Part shown: one piece after another, positions 23,395 through 35,315 of the stretch
Layout of the letters: every line of letters begins with the position of its first letter
Position numbering within the stretch: the stretch's first letter is position 1
Assembly (NCBI RefSeq): GCF_006345805.1
Contig: NC_043001.1
Location: 115,382,001 to 115,446,000 of the forward strand
Source: Octopus sinensis
Lineage: Eukaryota
DNA: 64,000 bases
Reading direction: 5' to 3'
Notes under the pieces: generated by a model
What the model saw: only the letters and a program-made list of their open reading frames with translations
Told to the model about the DNA's origin: nothing
Database searches by the model: none
Position numbers and translations under genes: made by a program

Positions 23395-23727
23395 GGGTAA
23401 AGACCCCCTTCGGTCATGAATGACCATGGGATTGCACCTAGAAAGTTATCCTCCTAGACACAAGTCCGGGCAAGGTTGTTTATGGAAGGCCAGCAGTCGC
23501 CCATGCATACCAGCCTCCCCTCTCCACGCCACCAGTGTTATCCAAGGGAAAGACAAAGGTCGATACAGCTTGGCACCAGTGACGTCGCAACTCATTTCTA
23601 CAGCTGAGTGAACTGGAGCAACGTGAAATAAAGTGCCTTGCTCAAGAACACAACACGCAGCCCGGTCCGGGATTCGAGCTCACAACCTCACGACCGTAAG
23701 CTCGACGCTCTAACCACTGAGCCATGC
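23395..23727 (-). mobile_element. tRNA-derived SINE (second family) with CORE-like and RTE-like body
   Basis: Minus-strand head gcatggctcagtggttagagcgtcgagcttacggtcgtgaggttgtgagctcgaatcccgg. Homologous to 46090-46410. Confidence 0.82.
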
Positions 23728-23888
23728 ATATATATATATCCTTTAAGTTCGTGGACGGGAAAGGTTTTTGAGTACGCATATATAAAATCTCATATTTTAT
23801 TGTATCGAGCTGTGACAATATAACGTATGATAAATATAGTAATGATAATAATAATTCATGGATGGAGTTTATACATTTTTTAATGCAT

Positions 23889-24019
23889 CGCTACGCGCGT
23901 TTCCACACATTACATGTTTCTTACGATCATAGTCCGATTTCCTGGAATGACTACAGTACAATCCGTAGTATTCATGGATATCGAGTGGATCATAGTTCAT
24001 GCGTTCATTTCATCAGGCG
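23889..24019 (-). ncRNA. Hammerhead-like motif with a ~105 nt stem II insert
   Basis: cgc-CTGATGA-(~105 nt)-GAA-Acgcgcg-T-A|gcg. Stem III is the palindrome ACGCGCGT and the site is GUA. The base of stem II pairs poorly. Confidence 0.55.
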
Positions 24020-24220
24020 GCTTGGCACTACCGTTAGAAGCAACGAATGTATAACCAAACGATGCTTATATCAATTTTCACCAATCAAAAGGTTGATTGA
24101 GATGTGTGAGCAGTTCTGTGTGTATTTGGTAGGGAGGAACAGAAGATGATAGAAGGGGAAAAAGGAATGGTAATGGTAAAGGAGAGGGTGGAGTGTGGTG
24201 ATGTTAGACTTGTTTAGATA

Positions 24221-24716
24221 TTTGTATATGTAGATGTCGAGGTGCGTAGTATAGTTCATTGGTTTGACTTTAGTCAGGAAAGATAATTTTACCGAAGCAT
24301 TTTCACTGCCACACATGTCTGAATACCTTTTTTTTAAACAACTTGTGCTCATTATGTCATTCTTTTATAAATTACTTTTTCATTATTCTACTCAATGACA
24401 GTTGAATTAGTGGCAGTGTTATGTAGCTACGTAGATTCACAAAAAAGCAAAAAGAATTAGCCAGTAAAATTAGCCGAAGGTGGAGAAACTATGAATGTTG
24501 TTTCACACGAAGCCTTCAGCTGAAAATCGTTTCTCTCTCTTTAGCTGCAGTTAATAGGTTTTAACCGTGTAGCCTTGTCACAAAGAGTAGAAGCGTTATG
24601 CACCCCCCCCCCACCACCAAAAATGAATTAACGCAGAATTACCATGATTTTTTTTTTTACAAATTGGCCTCCAGCTAAGAGGGTGGGGTACCCGGCAACA
24701 TCGGGTAAGCTGCTAG
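24221..24716 (+). mobile_element. Non-autonomous Helitron (different family)
   Basis: 3' hairpin tacccggcaacatcgggta followed by agctgCTAG|T. The degenerate 5' end is tttgtatatgtagatgtcgagg. Confidence 0.6.
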
Positions 24717-25409
24717 TATGTGTGTGTGCGTGCGTATGTATATGTGTGCATGTGTGTGTTTGTGTATGTGAGAAAAATAAATCAAATTCTCAAGAAGTGA
24801 CTCTGTTACGCTAGGAATTTTTTTCAGAGATCTCGGATGTAAGCTTTTCAAAGATGCTTAAACTGTAGCAACTTTTGAGTGTAAGGATCAAAGATCAAAC
24901 CAGACGTAATGTACCTATAAGCACAATAGTAATTTAAAAAATAGGCTAAAATTTGTATGTCGATTTGTAGGTAAATGAAGATGAGACTTGTAATGAAAAA
25001 CCTTTCCCGATGGTTTGAAATGCTTGAGATGAACATAAATTTTCATAACATAAAAATGACTGGTGAAGCTTCTTAGAAATATCCTGAGCAGGTGAAACAT
25101 TTATTGCTGGAGGAAACTACACATTAGAGCAAATATACAGCGTTGATCAAACTGGACTTTCTAGAAGCTTACGCATACGAAAAATTTTATTTTCCCCAAA
25201 AAATTCAGTACATACATACACATGGGCGCGCACGCATACACACCTGTATATCCTTTTGCAATGTCAGTATACTGTGACTATGCTTGAGCACCATCGGCTC
25301 CCTCTCTTTCTCTCTCTCCTCTTTCTCTCTCTTCCTCTTTGTTAACACACACACACACATATCTATATATATATATATATATATATATACATAATATGAA
25401 AGAAATAGT

Positions 25410-26325
25410 TGTATACAGTGCTCAGGTGCACTACAACTAAGAAAACAAAACCCATCAGATGTACTATTGGCGGATTTCAGGAAACATGGAAGTTTTGAAG
25501 GATGTAGTGTCTCGACAGCTAACAACTGAAGCGGATAATTTATTCCATGCTACAACAATTCTGAGCGTGAAAAGATGTTTCCGAAAGTCATGGGTGCTGT
25601 ATGGTTTTTTGACTTTGTGAGCATGTCCTCGAGTCTTTGACATATGGAATTCAAAAAAGGTGCTTAAGGTTGTTGCGGGAAAGATTGTGGATAATCTTGT
25701 AGGTGTCTACCAAGTCAGTTGCTAGACGTCTGAGCTTCAATGTATCCATGCCCAGGGAAGCAAGGCGTTCAAAGTATGGTAGATGTCTGATGAGGGGACA
25801 TTCGTTTTCTTGCACATTTCTGAACAGTTTCCAGGAGATTTATATGCTGAGCAAGATAGGGGTTCCAGACGTGTGATGCACATTCTGAGTGAGGTCGTAT
25901 CATTGTTATATACGGTTTTAAATAGATAGCCGGAGAGCGGCTGACAAAGGTTTTACTAAGTGATGCTAGAATACCCTCAGCCTTCTTGACAATCTTAGAG
26001 ATGTGGTTTGTCCAACTCAGGTCGCTGTTTACAATAATACCCAGATCACGTTCACTAGAAGACTTCTTGAGATTGGTGTTGCTGAGGGAATATGTAAAAG
26101 CTGGGTTTTTTCCTCTTAAAGTGCACAGTGACGCATTTGTCCACAGCTAACTTGAGATGCCAGTCAGAGATTCATTACTGCATTGTGTCCAGGTCTGATT
26201 GCAGGAAAGATCTATAGCGCATGGGATCTGTTCATTTTATTTCGAAGTACAGCTTGATGCCATCTGCATATTTCAACACTGTAACATTTCTCAAGTTGGC
26301 ATCTGTGTCATTAATATAGGCAATG
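25410..26325 (-). mobile_element. CR1-clade LINE, 5'-truncated (RT C-terminus + 3' UTR)
   Basis: Minus frames: VLKYADGIKLY...WHLKLAVDKC...ERDLGIIVNSDLSWTNHI...LRIVVAWNKL. The 3' end is gttgtagtgcacctgagcactgtatacaa. Confidence 0.88.
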
Positions 26326-26955
26326 TATGTGTGTGTGTGTGCGTGTAACGTTTATGACACGACATAACAGAGAAGTTTTGCAGTTATATACATGAATATG
26401 TTTCGTGTAAATAAACGAAGAACAATATTAATTTGCTTGATTATTAATATAGCCATTTATTATATATCAGTTATTATGTTGTTACAAATTGGAAGATGAT
26501 TATAATATCAGTCGTTACAATAATATAAGAAATATTTGTCGCTGGTTCCATGATTCAGTGTGTATGTTACATAGTTTAATTCCTCAGTCTGCTAGGGAGA
26601 AAGACATAGTGATGGGAATGTCTGCAGTTAGAGAAAATAAGAGGTTTACTTCCGCACGCATTATTTATCATACTGACAGAGACGACTGACCAAAGAGAGG
26701 AAGATGGCTATTTGCTTGTGTCTTATACATTGCTGACTAAAGTTGGTCGGGCTAAAAACAATAAGGTTATTCGTCCCTAATCAGATCTGACCGAAGAATG
26801 GCTCAAGAAAGATCAAGGGGTCAACTTTTTCTCATTATTTTGTGTGTGGAATAAGGCTAAGACAATCGACCGAGGATTTGTTTGACAATGTATAAAATTG
26901 TGGATTCAATTTCGAATCCTAGCTTAGCTATTCTGTAGCTTTTCGCTACCTATAC

Positions 26956-26998
<43 letters not shown>

Positions 26999-28759
26999 CG
27001 TGCGCGCCTGTACAATGTAAGTAATCTTGAGTGTTCACATGGATGCGTATGTGTTGTGTGTTTGAATGTGTCTACGTAATATCATGTGTACATAAATGGC
27101 ATAAATGTAGTTGTGTATCCGTGTGGCTGCATTTTTTATTCGATTCTACTTTCCAATAGAGATATGTTATTGATTATTTCTTTTTAATTTGTAAACGTAG
27201 AAATCAACAGCAGGAATCAGTTCTCATTCCTACTGTTGTAGTCTTCTTCTTCCAATCAGGACTCACGCCATTAGCCACAAAGAATAATCTCTAATTCGAG
27301 CCTACTCTAAGCTACTAAGAATGTGTGTGGCAACATGAAGATCCACCCACAACACACGATAGACTAGCGGTTGCATGGGAGCGAAAGCTATGTTGTTATC
27401 CTCATTCCGTAAACGGTGGCTTTTAACGGGTGGAGAGCTGAACCATCCTGGAGGTACAGAAGATTCGCAATCTAGACTAGGATTTGAAAGTTTACCACAC
27501 CATAGTGGGTTACACCATGGTTCCTCTACTTTGTGGAAGAAGTAGGAAGAAGGAGTGAGAGTAAGTTGTGGAGAAAGAGTACAGCGGGGTTCACCACCAC
27601 CACCCGCCGGAGCCTAGTGGAGCTTAGGTGTTTTTGCTCAATAAACACTCACAATGCTCGGTCTGGTAATCGAAACCACGTTCTTACGACCGCGAGTCCG
27701 CTGCCTTTACCACTGGGCCATTGCGCTTCCACACTGTTGTTGTTGTTGTTGCTGCTGCTGCTGCTACTGCTGCTGTTGTTGTTGTTTAGCCCTAGATCAG
27801 AGGTATTTCTGCTATGACCATACCATCTTTATAGAAATATGCTCAGAATTATCTAATGTACCATTACCTTTTATTTCTGGGATTAGGGAACAGAAGTAAA
27901 TTACCTGAAACAAAGTAAAATTTAAAATATTAGGGTAATGCATTTGGCATGGGAGATACTTATGGGAGCCTGGGTTATATATGTATTTATTCATAAAGCG
28001 AAGAGATGCTTTGACTGGTTAACACTTTATACTGATATCTTTTGCATATATTTCTTTTGTTTTGTTACATAAATGTGGCATTACTATAAATTTTCAGAAT
28101 ATTACCAGTTAACGCCTGTTTGTTTAAAAGCTTATAGTTTTCTGCGTTTTTTACATAAGTTCATTGTCATTAGAGAAAAACTATAATTCATATACAACTC
28201 TGTGTCAAGTGAGGTGTGAAAATTTTAGAACGTGATAACTTTTTACTGTTCAAAACTACTGGATCTATAGATAATATTATTTATATAACAGTGTAGTGTT
28301 AATATTAAGCTTGTCAGGTGGGGTTTTTTTCTAAAATTTGAATCGTTTATAACTTTTGAAAGCCGAGAATCAACAGATATTCATTTAATAAAATATATTT
28401 TATGTCTAAAAAAAAACTGATAAAATACACTATATGTTTAAAAAATTATTTTCCTTATATTTATATTTTGATATGAATATATATCAGAAGCTTGCAAAAT
28501 ATGGTTCGTGTACTCCTGAAGATATATTGGGTAATTTATGTTACGTAAGGCAATTTACCCGGTTGAGCAATGAATAATGTCAGTCATTATATTTTGATTC
28601 TTTTCATGTAAAATTACAAAGTTACTAACCTTGAAAAATAATTTAATCACGTGCTTACTTATTTTCAATGCATTAATTTATTTTTCAAATATCATATTTA
28701 AATACTCATTTTTCGTTTATTTCATTAAATATTTTTAAAACAATTTAACGTAAGTAACC

Positions 28760-30020
28760 AACAAAGATGATGCTTGTTTCAAATCGTGAAGCGTTGATTT
28801 GAATTCGGTAGATTGTGTTGGTGTCTGTTAATAAAGCTTCTGCCACATCAGATCATGATGGTGGTTTTGTGTTTTGAACAAGAAAGGAGGACCCTAAAAT
28901 TGAAGTTTCTTATTGTATGATCCATCGCCAAGCATTAGTTGTGAAACATTTAGCACCTGAACTGGAAGCTGTCTTGAATGCTATCAAAAGCATATACTAA
29001 ACACGCGACTGTTTGTGATTTATGTACAGATGGAGAGGCTGAATATTCAGATTTCCTTTTTCACACAGTGAGCTAGCTTTCGCGCTATGTTCTCAGTATA
29101 GCTTAGGCTATCACAACTGAACTTAAAACCTTTCTAGTGGATCAAACGACATTTTTTTGCAAATAAGTTCAGCCACTCCATTTGCTGGCATATTTTTCAT
29201 ATTTAATTGACATTTTTGCGCATGTCAATGCATTGAACAAGGAATTGAAAGGTAAAAAACATTAATATCATTTTAGCAAAGAAAAGATAATGAACTAGAC
29301 TTCAGTATTTGGATGCAAGATTTTATTATAGAACTGGAAAGTGGATCAAAACACAAAAACCATCATTCAAAAAGTAGTTGTGACAATAGAAATTTGCGAT
29401 AACAAGTATCCAATTACAACATATCTTATCAAACTCAAACATTGGTTCTCTGATTATTTTCAAGATTTTAGCTCACAGACTGTCAGCTGGGTTGTGAATT
29501 CCTTTAATTGTAAAATGGCTGATGTGCTTTAAGTGTCTGTGAAAGGTAGGAGAGTCCAGTTTGCTGGACATTGTTGTAGAGCTGAAAAAGAAGTAATTTC
29601 TACTCTTCTCCTCTGGAAGTCATCTACTCGCAATACCAGAGGGCGCACACTCTCCTACCCTGATGTAATCTCTAGGGATACAGGCATACAGCAACAGGAC
29701 CTCAGTAATGCCATGATGGACCGTGAAGTCTGGCGTAGCATGGTAAATTCCATTGTCTCGACCACGGTCGAACAATGATGATGATGATTAAGTGTCTGAG
29801 CAGTTGACAAACGTACTTCGTAAACTTTGCACCAACAGTGTACTACTCATGGAATTCCAGAACAAGGCAGATCCCTTGTCTTTTTGGCTGAGAAAATCTA
29901 CAAAGTCTTTCAAAACTATATGTGTTGAAGTAACAAAAATATCGCTACATTTTGCAGCAACCTATCTTTTTGATGAAGTTGCCTTATGCTTTGACGCAGC
30001 TATGAGTGAAGTGCAGCACG
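28760..30020 (+). pseudogene. Degraded hAT (Charlie/Buster-like) transposase fragment
   Basis: CMIHRQALVVKHLAPELEAVLN (CxxH motif) and the C-terminal LHFAATYL. It is interrupted by an RTE insertion. Confidence 0.72.
29540..29787 (+). mobile_element. 5'-truncated RTE/RTEX-type LINE 3' end with (ATG)n tail and 11-bp TSD
   Basis: RRVQFAGHCCRAEKEVISTLLLWK...GRTLSYPD...MDREVWR. The TSD ttaagtgtctg is at 29529-29539 and 29788-29798. Confidence 0.88.
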
Positions 30021-30547
30021 CTGGATTTTTGAATGGCACGCCTAACGAAAAATTTCCTTGAATATGTTTAGTAGTGCTAAACATATTCCCTAAAGATAAC
30101 TTCTCTAAAGATTCTATTAAGTCGCTACCCAACGGAAAACATTAAGCATGATAATAAAGGAACGGTTGAAAATCTGTGGAACCAAAGAAAAAAAATCAGA
30201 AGAACTGTGCATATAGAGATTAATGAAAACTTAATCAAAAACAAATTGACATAACCTGAATATATAAACATCAACTGAACATGTGTCAGGGGCCTTGTCG
30301 ACAAGGTTCCTTGTTCAAACCCAATCCAATATCAGATGCTAGTAATACAGCGATCGGAAACCAAACAGATCGAATTGTAATGTTGACATAATGATGATTC
30401 CTGTCATTGAAAGAGGATCTCAACCTTGAGAGAAAATCGACCTTGGTCGGATTCGAACTAAAAACAAATACCGCAAGGCACTCTGCCCAACATTCTACCG
30501 ATTCTGCCAATAAGTAATTATAACGGTTTTCTAATAATCCATAGAAA

Positions 30548-30589
<42 letters not shown>

Positions 30590-30636
30590 AATCATCATCA
30601 TCAACATCATCATCATCATTAATGGTTATAGCGAAA

Positions 30637-31230
30637 GCAGCGATCTGGCAGAATCGTTAGCGCGTCGCGCGGGGAATACATAGTGGTTCTCTCTTTATTT
30701 TTATACTCTTTTACTTGTTTCAGTCATTTGACTGCAGCCATGCTGGAGCACCGCCTTTAGTCGAGCAAATCGACCCCAGGACTTATTCTTTGTAAGCCAA
30801 GTACTTATTCTATCAGACCCTTTTGCTGAACCGCTAAGTTACGGGGACGAAAACATACCAGCATTGGTTGTCAAGCGATGGTGGAGGGGACAAACACAGA
30901 CATACAAACATATACACACATACATATACATATGACGGGCTTCTTTCAGTTTCCATCTACCAAATCCACTCACAAGGCTTTGGTCGGCCCGAGGCTATAG
31001 TAGAAGACACTCGCCCAAGGTTCCACGCAGTGGGAATGAACCCGGAACCATGTCGTGGGTAAGCAAGCTACTTATCACACAGCCACCAGTTTTATTTTCT
31101 GAGCTCAAATTCTGGTGAGATCAACTTTGCCTTTTATTCTTTTGGGGTACATGAAATAAGTACCAGCTGAGCACTGGAGTCAGTGAAATCGATTTATTCC
31201 TCCCTCGAAATTGTTGGTCTTATACCGATT
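30637..31230. mobile_element. Nested SINEs: a plus-strand third-family SINE split by a minus-strand dominant SINE (about 30700-31088)
   Basis: The head gcagcgatctggcagaatcgttagc (30637) resumes at ttctgagctcaaattctggtgagatcaactttgcc (about 31098). Confidence 0.75.
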
Positions 31231-31640
31231 GTAGAAATGATTATTATAGGTGTTAGCATGTCACGCCACCGAAGACTGGGTGTTCGGTCTCAGTAAGGCT
31301 ACATTTCTGGCTGTAAGATCTATTAATTTCTTTCAGTCTTGTCTTTGTTAGACTATTTTTTTCTTGCAAAAAAGCTAAGTCGATTTCCAAGTTGGAATGG
31401 TTTTTTTTTTAAAAAACGCATCAACGTTATTGATGTTATTGTTGTTGTTGTTGTTGTTGTTGGCATTGCTGTTTTATTTTAATATTTGTCTTTTACCAGG
31501 ATATGAAAGAAACGTTTCAAATGCGAGGTGTCATTCAGCTCAACACACCAGATAATCGGGGTAGATGACAGTTACAGATTTTTGTTGTTGTTTTTCTAGG
31601 TTTTATATCTATTTTTTTTTTATTTCTTTACCTTTTTTCA

Positions 31641-31740
31641 NNNNNNNNNNNNNNNNNNNNNNNNNNNNNNNNNNNNNNNNNNNNNNNNNNNNNNNNNNNN
31701 NNNNNNNNNNNNNNNNNNNNNNNNNNNNNNNNNNNNNNNN
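31641..31740. other. Assembly gap (100 N)
   Basis: Run of exactly 100 N, typical of a scaffolding placeholder. Confidence 0.99.
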
Positions 31741-31992
31741 TGACAATTTCAATAGATTATTGTTTCTATGGGGAAGAATTCATTATGGATTTTATTTTTG
31801 AAATGATGGAGCATGTAGAATCTCCATGTAAAGATCATTTCCTTTTTTTTTTTTTTCGCAATTCCTGAAACTCTAAAAGAATTACAACCTTCTATTATAT
31901 TTTCTTGGTCGATCATTTTATCCTTAAATAAATCATATTCTATAGAGAAATTTTTGCAAAGGAAAAGAAAATGTAATAATAACAACGATGAC

Positions 31993-32046
<54 letters not shown>

Positions 32047-33012
32047 GATGATGACGACGACGACGATGATGATGATGATAATGATGATGACGATCGTGGT
32101 GGTGGTGGTGGTGGTGGTGGTGGTGGTATTGGTGGTGGTGATAGCTAGAAAGTTCTTGAGTAATATTTGGATACGCCTGTTAGTCATAATGGAGATGCAG
32201 CTTGGTTAAAGAAAGTGAGGGAAGAAGTAATTAGTGAGAAACCAAAACTAACTTGTGCATTAATGAGTAAAGTGTAAGAAGAATGCTGAACTGGAAGTGC
32301 CCAAGACCAGATTAAGTTCAAGAGCACCGATTAAAGAGATTTAGTGGCTTACATGAGAGAATGAGGCAACGATTTCAGGGTTACTAGAGGGAGAACAGTA
32401 CTCCTTATGAAAGAGAAAAACAAGGACAATATATAATTATAGATCAATTACTTGTTTACTATTAGAGTAGAAGCGGTTAACAGGGATTCTCTCAGAAAGC
32501 ATTTACGAGCACCTTGACATTCCGAATTTACTGCCAGAACAAAAATGGTTGTAGGAAGAAAGCTAGAGGAACACATGATCTGTGTTCCTCTACCTGTGTT
32601 CCTATAGACAAATGAATTCTAATAGCAGTGAAATCTAGAAAGGAAAAATTAACAATAGCATGGATATTATAAGAAAGCCAATGAGATGATTCCACAGTCA
32701 TGGGTAAGTGGATGTTTGAGAATATTCAGTATTGCAATTAACATAAGAGAGTTATGTTAATTAGCTATAGAATGAAGACATGGAAAGTAGGTCTTTACAC
32801 AGGTAATACGGGCTTAATGAAAGTTAATATCAAGAGAGGAATTTTCCAGGGAGACTCGTTATCCCCTTTAATATTTCTGTTGTGTTTATCCCCCTCAGTT
32901 TAGAATTAAGAAAGGCAAAGTCAGGGTCTCAGTTTAGAGATAATAAAGGAAAAATTAATCATTTGCTCTACGTGATGAGCTGAAGCTTTTTAGTAAACAT
33001 AAAAAAGAAATA

Positions 33013-33312
33013 TTTTGTTTTGGGATTTGGTTTGCAAAAATCTTTATGTGAGTTCGTGTGTTGAAGCATATTCTGTTGTGTCTGAGAAGAGTCATTCTCT
33101 TTTAGTGCCTTATTATTTAACACACTCACCGGTAAAATTTCCACTTATTTCTTCTTTTTATTTTCTAAAATTTTCGTTGCGTCTTGCAACATTTTCAATA
33201 GTCTGCAAGACGCAACGAAAATTTTAGAAAATAAAAATAAGAAATAAGTGGAAATTTTACCGGTGAGTGTGTTTAATTATTAGGCACTAAAAGAGAATGA
33301 CTCTCCCCAGAC
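33013..33312. mobile_element. 300 bp foldback insert (109-bp inverted arms, 15-nt loop) with 12-bp TSD, PLE-like
   Basis: Arms are 33080-33188 and 33204-33312. The TSD is aaaaaagaaata (33001-33012) / aaaaaagagata (33313-33324). Removing the insert restores the LINE frame. Confidence 0.85.
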
Positions 33313-33389
33313 AAAAAAGAGATAGATTTTTTAATACAAACTATAAGACTTCAGCAAAGATAAAGATATGGAATTTGGCATAGTTAAAT

Positions 33390-33804
33390 ACTCTTTACTC
33401 TTTACTCTTTTACTTGTTTCAGTCATTTGACTGCGGCCATGCTGGAGCACCGCCTTTAGTCGAGCAAATCGACCCCGGGACTTATTCTTTGTAAGCTCAG
33501 TACTTATTCTATCGGTCTCTTTTGCCGAACCGCTAAGTAACGGGGACGTAAACACACCAGCATCGGTTGTCAAGCAATGCTAGGGGGACAAACACAGACA
33601 CACAAACATATACACACACACTTATATATATATACATATATACGACAGGCTTCTTTCAGTTTCCGTCTACCAAATCCACTCACAAGGCATTGGTCAGCCC
33701 GGGGCTATAGCAGAAGACACTTGCCCAAGATGCCACGCAGTGGGACTGAACCCGGAACCATGTGGCTGGTTAGCAAGCTACTTACCATACAGCCACTCCT
33801 GCGC
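33390..33804 (-). mobile_element. Dominant tRNA-derived SINE, full length and close to consensus
   Basis: Colinear with 42183-42585 and inserted in the Dong/R4 RT. Confidence 0.92.
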
Positions 33805-34506
33805 AATGTAGTCACCAGTGAAGGCATCCAATTGCCAGATGGCTAGACGTTAAAATCACTGAAAGAAAGAGAAAGTTATAAGTAAGTAGGGGTTCTAGAA
33901 TCTAACAGAGTGCTAACTACGTAGAAATGAAAGAGAAAATTGAGGAGTACTTCACAAGGGTAAGAAAGTTAATGAAATCAAAGCTAAATGGTCTGAATCT
34001 AGTGAAGGCTGTAAATACTTGGTCAGTATCGTTACTGGGTTGTTCAGGAAATTTAGACAAAAGAGCTAGGAAGGAATTCAATATTAATGGAGGACTCTTG
34101 AAGGGATTGGCTTAGTTTATGCCATCCACCACCACAGCACTTGACTGGCACTTTCTTTTATCGAGTTCTGAGGAATGAATGGTAAAGTTGACCTCAGTGA
34201 TATTTGAAATCTGAACGGAAACGACCGGAACAAATACTGTAAAGTATTTAGCCTGAATGGTGATAAGGAGGCGGAGAAGTATGATGATGGTGGCGGCGGC
34301 GGTGATGGTAGTGGTGGTTGTCGTCGTCGTCATAGTCGTCGTCATCATCACTGTCGTGGTAGTGGTAGTGGTGATAATGATGATAGCATGAATCTAAAAT
34401 GTACTTTCAAAGTCAAAACATAATTGCATAGTTGCGTTGCATTTTGCTTCCTATATTTCTGATTGAAAATGTTGTTAAGTTATCGTTATCAGTTTCCATT
34501 CCACCA

Positions 34507-35315
34507 GATGGCAGAAACGTTAGCACGCCGGGCGAGATGCTTAGCAGTATTTCGTCTGCCGCTACGTTCTGAGTTCAAATTCCGTCGAGGTCGACTTTGC
34601 TTTTCATCCTCTCGGAGTCGATTAAATAAGTACCAGTTACGCACTGGGGTCGATGTAATCGACTTAATACCTATGTCTGTCCTTGTTTGTCCCCTCTGTG
34701 TTTAGCCCCTTGTGGGTAATAAAGAAATAGGTATTTCGTCTGCCGCTACGTTCTGAGTTCAAATTCCGTCGAGGTCGACTTTGCTTTTCATCCTCTCGGA
34801 GTCGATTAAATAAGTACCAGTTACGCACTGGGGTCGATGTAATCGACTTAATCCGTTTGTCTGTCCTTGTTTGTCCTCTCTGTGTTTGACCCCTTGTGGG
34901 TAGTAAAGAAATAGGTATTTCATCTGCCGCTACGTTCTGAGTTCAAATTCCGCCGAGATCGACTTTTCCTTTCATCCTTCGGGGTCGATAAATTAAGTAC
35001 CAGTTATGCACTGGGGTCGATGTAATCGACTTAATTCCTTTGTCTGTCCTTGTTTGTCCCCTCTTTGTTTAGCCCCTTGTGGACAATAAAGAAATAAATA
35101 AGGCGGCAAGTTTGCAGAATCATAAGCACGCCGGGCAAAATACTTAGCGTCATTTCGATCAGCATTACGTTCTGAGTTCAAATTCCACCAAGGCGAACTT
35201 TGCCTTTCATCACATCGGGGTCGACAAAATAAGAACCTGTTGAACACTGGAGTCGATGTAATTGGCTTATCCCCTCCCACAAAGTTGCTGGCCTTGTACA
35301 AAAATCTGAAGCCAA
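34507..35315 (+). mobile_element. Concatemer of third-family SINE: one headed unit, two ~183 bp headless repeats, then a related SINE
   Basis: Units restart at gtatttc(g/a)tctgccgctacgttctgag after aaagaaatag (junctions at about 34730 and 34913). Confidence 0.85.

Larger units (their letters stand above)
32160..34095 (+). mobile_element. Degraded Dong/R4-clade LINE RT region with two nested insertions
   Basis: NYRSITCLL, RGIFQGDSLSPLIF, DELKLFSKHKKEI|DFLIQT, FSKD..MEFGIVK and KSKLNGLNLVKAVNTW. Nested inserts are at 33013-33312 and 33390-33804. Confidence 0.82.

Noticed and set aside
26628-26780. ~50-codon open stretch (LEKIRGLLPHALF...)
   Set aside because: No recognisable motif or convincing splice sites; this length is expected by chance.
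30061-30087. Perfect 11-bp hairpin aatatgtttag-tagtg-ctaaacatatt
   Set aside because: Short AT-rich palindrome next to a hAT fossil with no further supporting context.
31565-31801. ORF spanning the N run
   Set aside because: It crosses an assembly gap; the true distance and adjacency are unknown.
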